Shown here: piece by piece, positions 38,204 to 46,946 of the stretch
Position numbering within the stretch: the stretch's first letter is position 1
Layout: each line of letters starts with the position of its first letter
Virus record (IMG/VR): IMGVR_UViG_3300021254_001514
Location: 18,853-82,852 of that record
Strand: one strand, 5' to 3'
DNA: 64,000 nt
Source of the DNA: a virus
Taxonomy: Duplodnaviria > Caudoviricetes
Made by a program: the position numbers and the translations under genes
The notes under the pieces: generated by a model
Seen by the model: the letters and a program-made list of their open reading frames with translations, nothing else
The model's database searches: none
Told to the model about the DNA's origin: nothing

Positions 38204-38535
38204 AGAAAATTTAAGAAAAATGATTGACAACTTGAATTATATATGATATAATTAAATCAGAAAAACGGAAAGACTTGCATCCAGTGGTTCGATGAAGATG
38301 GAAAATTTACTGGAAAAATTGAATGGGTATAGAGGGAAGAATATGAAAGATATAATTAAAAGAGAAACAGTAAAAGATTATACTTCTTGGGATTTAAACG
38401 CAAAATGTGTCAGAGTAAAAAATAGACAGGAACTTGAATCTAAATTCAAGAGAAAAGCAAGAAGAAAAAATCGAGAAAATTTAAGAAAAATGGTTGACAA
38501 CTTGAATTATATATGATATAATTAAATCAGAAAAA
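38204..38535 (+). repeat. 62-bp direct repeat (duplicated promoter)
   Basis: 38204-38265 vs 38474-38535, one mismatch. Confidence 0.95.
38343..38516 (+). CDS. Small basic hypothetical protein (57 aa)
   Basis: GAGGGAAG RBS; lies between the duplicated promoters. Confidence 0.65.
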   Translation: MKDIIKRETVKDYTSWDLNAKCVRVKNRQELESKFKRKARRKNRENLRKMVDNLNYI

Positions 38536-38554
38536 AAGAAAGAGAGGAATTTAT

Positions 38555-38764
38555 ATGGAATGGACAAAATGGTTTTCTGTTGATGAGAGGTTGCCAGTAT
38601 CAGGTGACACCGTGCTTGCGTATGATGGTTCAGATATGTTTGTAGCGTGGTGTTTTATTGACACTGATGAAAACTGCGTGCGATGGCATAGTTTTGATTC
38701 CAATTTCGATAAAGATACACCGATAATAAAATGGATGCCATTACCAGACCCACATGAAGACTGA
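38555..38764 (+). CDS. DUF551-like protein
   Basis: WFSVDERLP..VLAY..WMPLP. Confidence 0.75.
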   Translation: MEWTKWFSVDERLPVSGDTVLAYDGSDMFVAWCFIDTDENCVRWHSFDSNFDKDTPIIKWMPLPDPHED

Positions 38765-38970
38765 AAAATAAATAGTATAGATGGGCGCAAATGTATGTTT
38801 GCGCCTTTTTGTGGTCTTGAGTGCAAACGTCCTTTAATTATAGTTAGACGTGTCTAACTTTTACCCGGGCGAGGTTAAGCGAGTCTAACTAAAATTAAAT
38901 AAAAAAATACTTGACAAAACAAACTAAATGTGATAATATATAATCAGAAAAGGAAAGAGAGGTAATAAAA

Positions 38971-39279
38971 ATGATTAATATTAGAACACTTAGAAAAATT
39001 TCTGATAATGGCGGTCTCACTCTTAAGAATGGCAAACCGATTTCCTATAAAAGCGGATGGCAAGTAGCAACCGAAGGAATCGAAACTACAGATATTCTTG
39101 AAGCGATGAAAGCAATTAAAGGATATAAGGGAAATTGCGGAATTTGGTTCTCTGATGGAATCTGGTACATAGATAAAAGTAAAAGAGTAGATACAAAGCG
39201 CGAAGCCATGGAGATTGGGCGCAAGTGCAATCAGATTTCTATTCTTAGATGGCGCGATATGGGTTTGGCGTACTGCTAA
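38971..39279 (+). CDS. Hypothetical early protein (102 aa)
   Basis: Promoter at 38911, GAGAGG RBS, terminator hairpin. Confidence 0.8.
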   Translation: MINIRTLRKISDNGGLTLKNGKPISYKSGWQVATEGIETTDILEAMKAIKGYKGNCGIWFSDGIWYIDKSKRVDTKREAMEIGRKCNQISILRWRDMGLAYC

Positions 39280-39726
39280 ACCCATATCGAATATTCGTTT
39301 TTTTTGCCCGGGCGCCACGTAGTTAGACGAGACTAACTAAAATTAAATAAAAATTTTTTTAAAAGGGGTTGACAAACCATAAACTCCGTGCTATAATGTA
39401 TACATAAGGTGAGAGATGGCAGAACGAGAGAAGGTCACAAGTCGACCGTATAAGACCATTTGACGAAAGTCCCCACCACCGCAAGCCGAAGTCCAACTTT
39501 GCGGTATATAAATGTGAGGCAACAGCGCACGCTCTTGGAAGTGCGAGGGTGGTTGGATTGAGAGAAAATGAGTTCGAGAGGTTTATCCCTCTCGGACTCG
39601 GCGCCCGGGCGCCGTTTTGTTATTTTGCACAAAAATAAAATCAATTTTTGTATATTTTTTTTCTTGACTTTTTATATATTAAGTGATATAATATATACAT
39701 AAGATAAAGAAAAGGAGAAAAACAAA

Positions 39727-39831
39727 ATGGCAATCATTAAACTTGACGGTTATGTAATCGGTACGGAAAGAATTGAAGAAATCAACATAAGAGAACTTGA
39801 AGAAAATGGTTTCGTTGTTGTTATAAAGTAA
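39727..39831 (+). CDS. Small hypothetical protein (34 aa)
   Basis: Promoter, AAGGAG RBS; MAIIKLDGYVIG. Confidence 0.55.
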   Translation: MAIIKLDGYVIGTERIEEINIRELEENGFVVVIK

Positions 39832-39879
39832 AACGTATGTATTAAATATAATAATAATAACTGAAAGGTAGGAGAAAAT

Positions 39880-40074
39880 ATGAAAGTTGAACTTATTTAT
39901 TCCACTAAAGTAACTGTTTACTTTGATGACCTTTTTGAAAGAACAATGACAGGAACTCTTGGAGAAATTCTTGATGAAGTAAAACTTTTAATGAGAGGAT
40001 ATAATTTTTCAAAGAGTGAACTTGTAGATGGTTTTACTGGTGAAATTATAGCCATTGTTAAAACAGAAGTTTAG
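39880..40074 (+). CDS. Hypothetical protein (64 aa)
   Basis: AGGAG RBS. Confidence 0.7.
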   Translation: MKVELIYSTKVTVYFDDLFERTMTGTLGEILDEVKLLMRGYNFSKSELVDGFTGEIIAIVKTEV

Positions 40075-40217
40075 TGCTTTAATGCACTAAATTTCTGCCC
40101 GGGCGCGCCGTCATTTTGCACAAAAAAAGACAAGAATTTTGTACACTTTTTTTTCTTGACAAATAAATAAAAATATGATAATATAATTATAGAAAATAAA
40201 GGAAAGGCGGTAAGGAT

Positions 40218-40652
40218 ATGGTAAAGGAAATTTGGTTTGATATGGACGGAACAATCGCAAATCTGTATGGTGTTGATGGTTGGCTTGATATGCTTATCGC
40301 TCAGGATTCTACACCCTATGAAGTAGCCGCTCCTATGGTGCGCATGGCAACGCTGGCAAGGTTGTTGAATCGTCTACAGAGACAGGGTTATAAAATTGGA
40401 GTTATCTCTTGGCTGAGCAAAACTTCCACCCCCGAATATGATAAAGCTGTCACAAAAGCAAAAAGAGCTTGGCTTGCAAAGCATTTAAAAAGCGTAAGGT
40501 TCGATAGAATAGATATAGTAAAATACGGTACACCAAAACAGAAAGGTAGAAACGGAATCCTGTTTGATGACGAAAAGCCGAATCGTGAAAACTGGAACGG
40601 CACTGCCTACAATGTAGACAACATTATCGAGGTATTGAAGGGGCTTGCATAG
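40218..40652 (+). CDS. HAD-family 5'(3')-deoxyribonucleotidase-like protein
   Basis: FDMDGTIANLY (DxD motif I), ISW, K, LFDDE (motif IV). Confidence 0.8.
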   Translation: MVKEIWFDMDGTIANLYGVDGWLDMLIAQDSTPYEVAAPMVRMATLARLLNRLQRQGYKIGVISWLSKTSTPEYDKAVTKAKRAWLAKHLKSVRFDRIDIVKYGTPKQKGRNGILFDDEKPNRENWNGTAYNVDNIIEVLKGLA

Positions 40653-40849
40653 CCCTTTCTTTCAATGCGCCCGGGCGAACTTGTTCACCCGAGTTATTAT
40701 AACACATTGGGAGAGATTTGTCAATAGGCAATTCATACAAATATTTTCTATAAAATTTGTGTATTCTGACATATTGCATTTTCATAAAACTTGTGATATA
40801 CTTTAATTACAGTAAAGGAAGAAGATAAAGTTAAATATTATTATGAAAC

Positions 40850-41077
40850 ATGGAGGTATTGATTATGTATATTATTACTGTATTAACTTCTGGGAAGTAC
40901 CATAATGTAACACTTGGTCATCGGGTTGCTTTTACTCGATTTGGTTTAAAATATATGACAAATAACTTCTATGAATGTGATTGTAGTTTTACAGTAGAAA
41001 AAACCTTTAAATTACATAATTTAGTCTTTGGAACGAAATTAATTTATTTCAGAAAGGCAAAACGAGAGTACAAGTAA
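40850..41077 (+). CDS. Hypothetical protein
   Basis: Promoter and GGAGG RBS (true start probably 40865). Confidence 0.55.
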   Translation: MEVLIMYIITVLTSGKYHNVTLGHRVAFTRFGLKYMTNNFYECDCSFTVEKTFKLHNLVFGTKLIYFRKAKREYK

Positions 41078-41264
41078 TCGTCCTCTCGGGCGCGCAAGCG
41101 TCCGCGCCCGGGCATTTTATCACAGGAAAGGAGTGTTTGTCAAGAGAAAATTTTAAGAAAAAATAAAAATTTTTTTGAAGTTTTTTCTTGACAAATTTTA
41201 GATTTTTTGATATAATTTAATTACAGAAAGGGAAAAAATCCCATAAATAGAAAGGAGAATATAA

Positions 41265-41501
41265 ATGTATATTGATGAAACAGCAAAAATGGAAGCTTAT
41301 TTTAATGATCGAGAAAAGGAATCTTTTATTGATACTATTGGAATCCTTGAAAAATTAATTGACAAAATGATAGACTATGAACGTCGTTATATTGAATATG
41401 ATAATTATGATGATGATGGTTATAATGCTTATAGTATTGTAACAATTAAAGATGTAAAAGAAACACTTGAAAATATTAAAGAGATGAATTTTATTTATTA
41501 A
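41265..41501 (+). CDS. Hypothetical acidic protein (78 aa)
   Basis: Promoter and AAGGAG RBS. Confidence 0.7.
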   Translation: MYIDETAKMEAYFNDREKESFIDTIGILEKLIDKMIDYERRYIEYDNYDDDGYNAYSIVTIKDVKETLENIKEMNFIY

Positions 41502-41517
41502 AGAAAGGAAAACAAAA

Positions 41518-41748
41518 ATGAAATGTTATATGGTATATGTAGACAAAGTTAATTATAATGAATACGATGCTTGTATTGTGTTGGCTGATTCCGAAGAAGA
41601 AGTTCGTAGTATGTTTAAAAAAGAAGAATCTTATGAATATATTCCTGGAATAGAAGAGGATGTTTACTTTTATAACTATCAAGGAAAAATTCATATAGAA
41701 GAAGTAACAGAAAAAGGTTTGGTTCTTGCAAGTTTTAATGCAGGATAA
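41518..41748 (+). CDS. Hypothetical protein (76 aa)
   Basis: AAGGA RBS. Confidence 0.7.
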   Translation: MKCYMVYVDKVNYNEYDACIVLADSEEEVRSMFKKEESYEYIPGIEEDVYFYNYQGKIHIEEVTEKGLVLASFNAG

Positions 41749-41983
41749 ATGAAAGGAGAAGAATAAAATTTTAATACCGAGAAGGCGCACCCTTCTCGGG
41801 TGTGCTTTGCACACCCGAGTAATTATACCGCCCGGGGTGCAACTTTGTCAATAGGAAAACTTCACAAATTTATAAAAAATATTTTGTTTATTTTGTCTAT
41901 TGCCTTTTTTTTATATTGTGATATACTATAATTACCGAAAGGGAAGAAAACAAAAACACACAAAAAGAAAAGGAGAGAGTAAA

Positions 41984-42199
41984 ATGAAAAATAATAATAC
42001 AAAAAGAGTAGGTCTTGGTTTCTTTGATGCTTTAACAATCGTATTCATTGTATTAAAACTTTGTGGCGTAATTACTTGGTCATGGGTATGGGTACTGGCG
42101 CCACTGTGGGGACAGATTGCAATAATTTTACTAATTGTAATTATTGGTGTTTCTATCGTATTGATAAGGGACAGAAGATGCAATGGAATGTTTTTTTAA
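41984..42199 (+). CDS. Small two-TM membrane protein
   Basis: VFIVLKLCGVITWSWVWVLAPLW; paralog of the 37875 gene. Confidence 0.75.
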   Translation: MKNNNTKRVGLGFFDALTIVFIVLKLCGVITWSWVWVLAPLWGQIAIILLIVIIGVSIVLIRDRRCNGMFF

Positions 42200-42483
42200 G
42201 TAAGACATGGAGAGTGAAAAAATGTTTGCTTTCTTAATTGTCGTAACAGACGAAAAACAAAAATAAAAAACCTTTTCCTTCCTTAAAAAAGAGTAGAGAT
42301 TTTTCTCTACTCTTTTCCTTTTCTCGAGCGTGCGCGCACGCCCGAGCAATTATACTACTTCGCGCCGGATATGTCAATAGTAAATTTTAACAAAAATTTT
42401 TTATTTCTTTGTGCAAAATTTTACTTGACTTTTTTTCTCTTTTCTGATATAGTATATATAGAAAGAGAAAGGAGATTTCTAAA

Positions 42484-42720
42484 ATGAGAGAATTTTTCTG
42501 TATCGAAGAACCTTATACTTTCGAGGTCATGGATTTATTTTCCGTCATCACTGTATTAAACGTGGTTTTAGTTCTTGTAGGTCTTTGGTGGGCGCCAATT
42601 ATCGGACTTGTAAATTGTGCTTTAAACATTCTGTACAGTGTAAAGCATAAAAGTCATATAAATGGTTATGTGATGCAGATTGCACTCATTGTATTAAATA
42701 GTTATTTTTTAACTTTATAA
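42484..42720 (+). CDS. Small membrane protein (78 aa)
   Basis: Promoter, AAGGAG RBS, hydrophobic segments. Confidence 0.7.
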   Translation: MREFFCIEEPYTFEVMDLFSVITVLNVVLVLVGLWWAPIIGLVNCALNILYSVKHKSHINGYVMQIALIVLNSYFLTL

Positions 42721-42923
42721 AAAAGTTCTTGACTTTTTAACTTTTATAGTATATAATATAATTACAAAGTTAAGGAAAGGCTTTTAAAACTTCTGATAAA
42801 ACCCCATAGGAGTGTGTAAGGAAGTCAAGGTGCGCACAGGGTTGAAAAAATCTTTTTAAAAGGGTCTTGACAAACCTTTCCTACTTTGATATAATAAAGA
42901 AAAAAGAAAGCGAGGATTTAAAA

Positions 42924-43136
42924 ATGACAGAGTGGTACAATTTCCTTTATGAAATCGTTGGAGAAGAAAGCGACCTTTGCGGAGAAGAATTTCTCGTTGC
43001 GGTTAATGTACCTTGGGAAAATGCGCAAGATTATGCAAATGGTATTGCAAGAACATCATTTCCCAATGAAGAAATCAGAGGTTATGGTTATGTAACCGAA
43101 GAAGAAGCGGAAATGATGGGACTTGATACATACTAA
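42924..43136 (+). CDS. Small acidic hypothetical protein (70 aa)
   Basis: Promoter at 42868, GAGG RBS, terminator. Confidence 0.75.
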   Translation: MTEWYNFLYEIVGEESDLCGEEFLVAVNVPWENAQDYANGIARTSFPNEEIRGYGYVTEEEAEMMGLDTY

Positions 43137-43362
43137 AAAGAAAAGGACTTAACAAAAGTTAAGTCCCTTTAACTTTACCCGGGCGCGGCGGATTAAGGCA
43201 TAATCTTATATTATATCATATTATTTCTTTCTTGTCAATAGGCAAATTACACAAATTTTTCTTTTTATTTTTGTCACTTTGTATATTGCAATTTTTATAA
43301 AATAGTAGTAATATAATATATGAAAGGTGAGGGAAGTCTGGCGACTATCCCAAAACCCTTCA

Positions 43363-43593
43363 AAAAAAAGTTAAAAAAACTCTTGACAAACTCCTTAAAA
43401 TCTGATATAATAAAGATACAAAAGAGGTCAAGAAAAACTTCTTAAAAAAGTTAAAAAAAGACTTGACAACTCTTTAAGAATCTGATATAATAAAGGTACA
43501 AAAAGAGAAAAGCCTTTAAAAAACTTCTTAAAAAAAGTTAAAAAAAGACTTGACAAGCAACCGAAAAGGTGCTATAATAAAAGTGTAAAAAGG
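43363..43593 (+). repeat. Three tandem promoter units
   Basis: AAAAAAGTTAAAAAAA..CTTGACAA..TATAATAAA repeated at 80 and 87 bp spacing. Confidence 0.9.
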
Positions 43594-43665
43594 AAGAGAT
43601 AGGAACTCTTCCATAACAAATAAAAATTGCGCCCACTGCATAAGTGTGGGAGAAAGAGGTCTATT

Positions 43666-44019
43666 ATGACAAAGAGAATGTTTCTGGAAGCTGTAGTAAA
43701 TGGTTCTGAGCTTACTGATGAGATGAGAGCTTTCGCTCGTGAGACTATTGATAAGCTTGACGCTACAAATCGGTCTCGCTCCGCTAAGGTCGCTGAAAAG
43801 CGTGCTAAGGAAGATGCTCCGCTGATTGCAAAAATCATGGAGTACCTCGCCGCTAAGGGTACTGGTGCTACCGCATCTGAAATCGCTAAGGAAGTAGAGG
43901 TCTCTACCGCAAAGGCTTCCGCTCTGTGCGCAAAGCTTGAGCGTGAGGGTGAACTCGTCTCCTCCAAGGCTAAGGAGCGTGCGCCTAAGGTCTACGCTAT
44001 TCCGTCTGATGCGGAATAA
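43666..44019 (+). CDS. Putative DNA-binding protein (coiled N-terminus plus winged-helix)
   Basis: TASEIAKEVEVSTAKASALCAKLEREG HTH pattern; highly biased codons. Confidence 0.7.
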   Translation: MTKRMFLEAVVNGSELTDEMRAFARETIDKLDATNRSRSAKVAEKRAKEDAPLIAKIMEYLAAKGTGATASEIAKEVEVSTAKASALCAKLEREGELVSSKAKERAPKVYAIPSDAE

Positions 44020-44287
44020 TCCCAAAGGGGGAAAGGGTCTTTCGACCCTTTCCCAATAACTAAATAAAACTTGACAAAATTTAAAATTTATTATATAATA
44101 AATATAGAAAATGAAAGGGCGTAGACTATCTGCGCCCGGATAACTTCATTTCATATTTGCCCGGGCGCGGTTAGACAAGTCTAACTAAAATTAAAGAAAC
44201 TTTTTTAAAAAAGTTGTTGACTTTTTTCTTATTCTGTGGTAATATAATACTTGTAAGGAACAGAATAAACGAAAGAGAGGACTTAAA

Positions 44288-44929
44288 ATGAAAGTTATCG
44301 TTCTTGACACGGAGACTACTAACTCTATTGATGACCCCATCTGTTATGATATTGGGTGGGCAGTAGTTGATCCTGAAACTGGAGAAATTTTTAAGACAAG
44401 AAGCTTTGCGGTAGCTGAGATTTTTCTTGATAAAGAGCTGATGAGCTATGCGTATTTTGCTGATAAAATCCCCTCTTATTGGGATGAGATTAAACGTGGA
44501 GAACGGAAACTTGCTCGCCTCTATAATATTAGAAAGGCTTTACAAGCTGATTGCAAGAAATATTTCATTTCTGAAATTTATGCACACAACGCTCGATTTG
44601 ATTATCGTTCGTGCAATCTCACGCAAAGATTTTTGACTTCTTCTAAATATCGTTATTTTTTCCCTTACGGAATAACGATTTGCGATACGCTAAAAATGGC
44701 AAGGGAAGCCTTCAAGAATTGCCCAGAATACTGCGATTTTTGTGAGAGAAATAACTATAAAACTGAGAAAGGACAAAACCGTTATACCGCTGAAATTCTT
44801 TATAGGTTTTTTACAGGTGATAATGATTTTATGGAAGAGCATAAAGGTCTTGATGATGTTAGAATTGAAAAAGAAATTTTAAAAGAATGCTTGCGAAGAG
44901 GTATTACAAAAAGTGCGCTTTGGTCTTGA
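44288..44929 (+). CDS. DEDDh 3'-5' exonuclease (DnaQ-like)
   Basis: VLDTETT, AHNARFD, EEHKGLDDV. Confidence 0.88.
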   Translation: MKVIVLDTETTNSIDDPICYDIGWAVVDPETGEIFKTRSFAVAEIFLDKELMSYAYFADKIPSYWDEIKRGERKLARLYNIRKALQADCKKYFISEIYAHNARFDYRSCNLTQRFLTSSKYRYFFPYGITICDTLKMAREAFKNCPEYCDFCERNNYKTEKGQNRYTAEILYRFFTGDNDFMEEHKGLDDVRIEKEILKECLRRGITKSALWS

Positions 44930-45148
44930 CCAAGGCGCCCGGGCGCGGTTAGAGACATCTAACTAAAATTAAAGAAAAATTTGAAATTTATGCTTGACTT
45001 TTCTGAAAATATCGTGTATAATCTTATTAAAGAGTTAAGGAAAGCGCGCAACTCCCAAAAAAAATTGAAAAATTTTTTAAAAAGTCCTTGACAAACCAAA
45101 TAAAGTATGCTATAATAAGTATATAAAAAAGAAAGAGAGGTAACTACT

Positions 45149-45523
45149 ATGACAAATTCTAAAAAGGCACTCCGTGAAGCACTTCGTGAAAAGTATATGG
45201 ACGCAATCTCTAAGTTCCTTGAGGGAGCTGATGAGGAAGTCCTCGTCACTAAGTCCAACGAAATCGCTATCCCTTGCGTAGACGCTGAGGGTAATGATGA
45301 GTTCGTGGTCGTGACCTTTAAAGTCCCCACAGGCTCTCGTGATGGTGACCCCTATGACGGCTACGATATGGCAGAAGCCTATAAGGAACACGTAGCCGCT
45401 AAGGCAGAAAAGGCGAAAGCCGCCGCTGAGGCTAAGGCTCGTAAGATTGCGAGAGACAAGGCTGAGCGTGAGGCTAAGGCTAAGGCGAGAGCTGAGGCTA
45501 AGGCTAAAAAGGAAGAGGCATAA
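45149..45523 (+). CDS. Hypothetical protein with Ala/Lys-rich histone-like tail
   Basis: C-terminal AKAEKAKAAAEAKARK..AKAKKEEA; biased codons. Confidence 0.8.
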   Translation: MTNSKKALREALREKYMDAISKFLEGADEEVLVTKSNEIAIPCVDAEGNDEFVVVTFKVPTGSRDGDPYDGYDMAEAYKEHVAAKAEKAKAAAEAKARKIARDKAEREAKAKARAEAKAKKEEA

Positions 45524-45571
45524 GCCTCTTCCTTCCCCCCCTAAATCTTAAAAATGAGAAAGGAAAAAACA

Positions 45572-45793
45572 ATGAAAAAGAATCGTAAAGAGCAAAGAAT
45601 GGAAGAGATGAATCGCAGAATTGCTATTATCAAAGATTTTGCAAATAAGATGGGCTATGAGACTTACGAAGAAGATTATAATAATTGCTTCAATGGTAGG
45701 CCTTGTCACTGTATTGAATTGGGAGGTGTGGTAGATAGCGAAGGTAATTCGTATTCTTGGGCATGGTATCGAGATACTTACGAAGAAGTTTAA
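45572..45793 (+). CDS. Hypothetical protein (73 aa)
   Basis: AAGGA RBS; terminator after the stop. Confidence 0.7.
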   Translation: MKKNRKEQRMEEMNRRIAIIKDFANKMGYETYEEDYNNCFNGRPCHCIELGGVVDSEGNSYSWAWYRDTYEEV

Positions 45794-46406
45794 AAAAAGA
45801 AACGGAAGAGGTGTAAGCCTCTTCTTTTTTTCGATTTTATTCTACGAACGTAAAGGGCGCCGGGTAGTTACCCGGGCGCGTATTATACCACAAGTTTCAA
45901 ATTTTGTCAAGAGGGAATTTCAAAAATTCTCTCATTTTTTTATTGCCGAATTTTATAAAAATAGAAAAAGTTCCTAAAATGGAGCGGCACTCTATAAATA
46001 CTTATAAAATTTTTACTACTCGAACAAATTTTCTCTATATAGATAAAATTCTCTCTATAATAATAGACTCTATAAGCACTTATAAAATTCTCCCATGAGC
46101 TGCAAAGCAAGCTGCAAAGCTGCAAGGCCGTAGAATATAGTGGTGCGGCTGGGAGCGGGATTTTCACCCGAGAGACAAATTCCCTGAGCTGGAACGCTCT
46201 CCATTTATAAAAAATTTTGTGCAGCTGGAAAAGCTGCGCAGCTGGGAGCGGCCATGTCTTAGGGGGAAAAAGTGTTTTTTTAATATTATATCACAATTTT
46301 GAAAGAAAGTCAAATTTTCAGCCGCATTATTTTCCTAGAATTTCTTTAAAAAAAAAGAAGAGAGATTTCTCTCTCTTCTTCTCTATTCTCATATAATTGC
46401 TTCTAC

Positions 46407-46772
46407 TTAAGCTTCGGGAACTCTTACGTATCCAACCTGCTTACCCTTGCCAGTTACCTTTACCTCAGCCTTCTCTACCTTACCCTCAAGGATAAGACCC
46501 TTTACAAGGTGCGGAATTGCCTGAGGCTTAATCTCTACTCCAGCTTCCTGGATAAGAGTAGTTGCTGTCTTAGGCTCGTCAGTCATTACTGCGTAGATAG
46601 CCTCTCTAATCGGCGCCCGCTCAGCCTCCTTCTCAGCTGCCTTTGCGGCGGTAGCTACCTTACGAGCCTCATTACGAGCGTCAAGCTTGTCCAGAGTCTC
46701 CTTAGCAAAATCAATCATTTCCTCGTTCTCAACTTCTGCAATTACCTTCTCAAGAAATTCTCTCTGTGTCAT
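46407..46772 (-). CDS. Putative DNA-binding protein, paralog of the 43666 gene
   Basis: MTQREFLEKV..EM..FAKETLDKLDARN aligns with MTKRMFLEAV..EM..FARETIDKLDATN. Confidence 0.75.
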   Translation of the reverse strand: MTQREFLEKVIAEVENEEMIDFAKETLDKLDARNEARKVATAAKAAEKEAERAPIREAIYAVMTDEPKTATTLIQEAGVEIKPQAIPHLVKGLILEGKVEKAEVKVTGKGKQVGYVRVPEA

Positions 46773-46946
46773 AGTATTCTCCTTCTCGCGTAGGCCGCGA
46801 CCCAAAATTAAGATTTTTATTTGTTTCCCTTTCGGGTTAAGAGAGGTTTAAATTTGTTTTCCTCTCTCACTTTCTATAATTATTATACTAAAGATTTATG
46901 AGTTTTTCAAATTTTTTTCGCTTAAAATTTTTAGAAGTTTTTTAAG

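Larger units (their letters stand above)
35768..45120 (+). promoter_or_regulatory. Array of about 25 near-consensus sigma-A promoters, roughly one per cassette
   Basis: TTGACA-17-TATAAT-like elements with -35 at e.g. 35768, 36543, 36856, 37693, 38066, 38224, 38494, 38911, 39369, 43383, 43463 and 43550. Confidence 0.9.
35548..45910. repeat. Dispersed intergenic repeat family (CCCGGG core, GTTA-N8-TAAC palindrome, antisense promoter modules)
   Basis: 14 CCCGGG copies and 6 GTTA-N8-TAAC copies, all intergenic; see findings. Confidence 0.9.

Noticed and set aside
35548-45910. CRISPR array interpretation of the GTTAGAC..GTCTAAC and CCCGGG repeats
   Set aside because: Spacing is irregular (hundreds of bp, containing ORFs and promoters), the repeats are short and degenerate, and no cas genes are visible.
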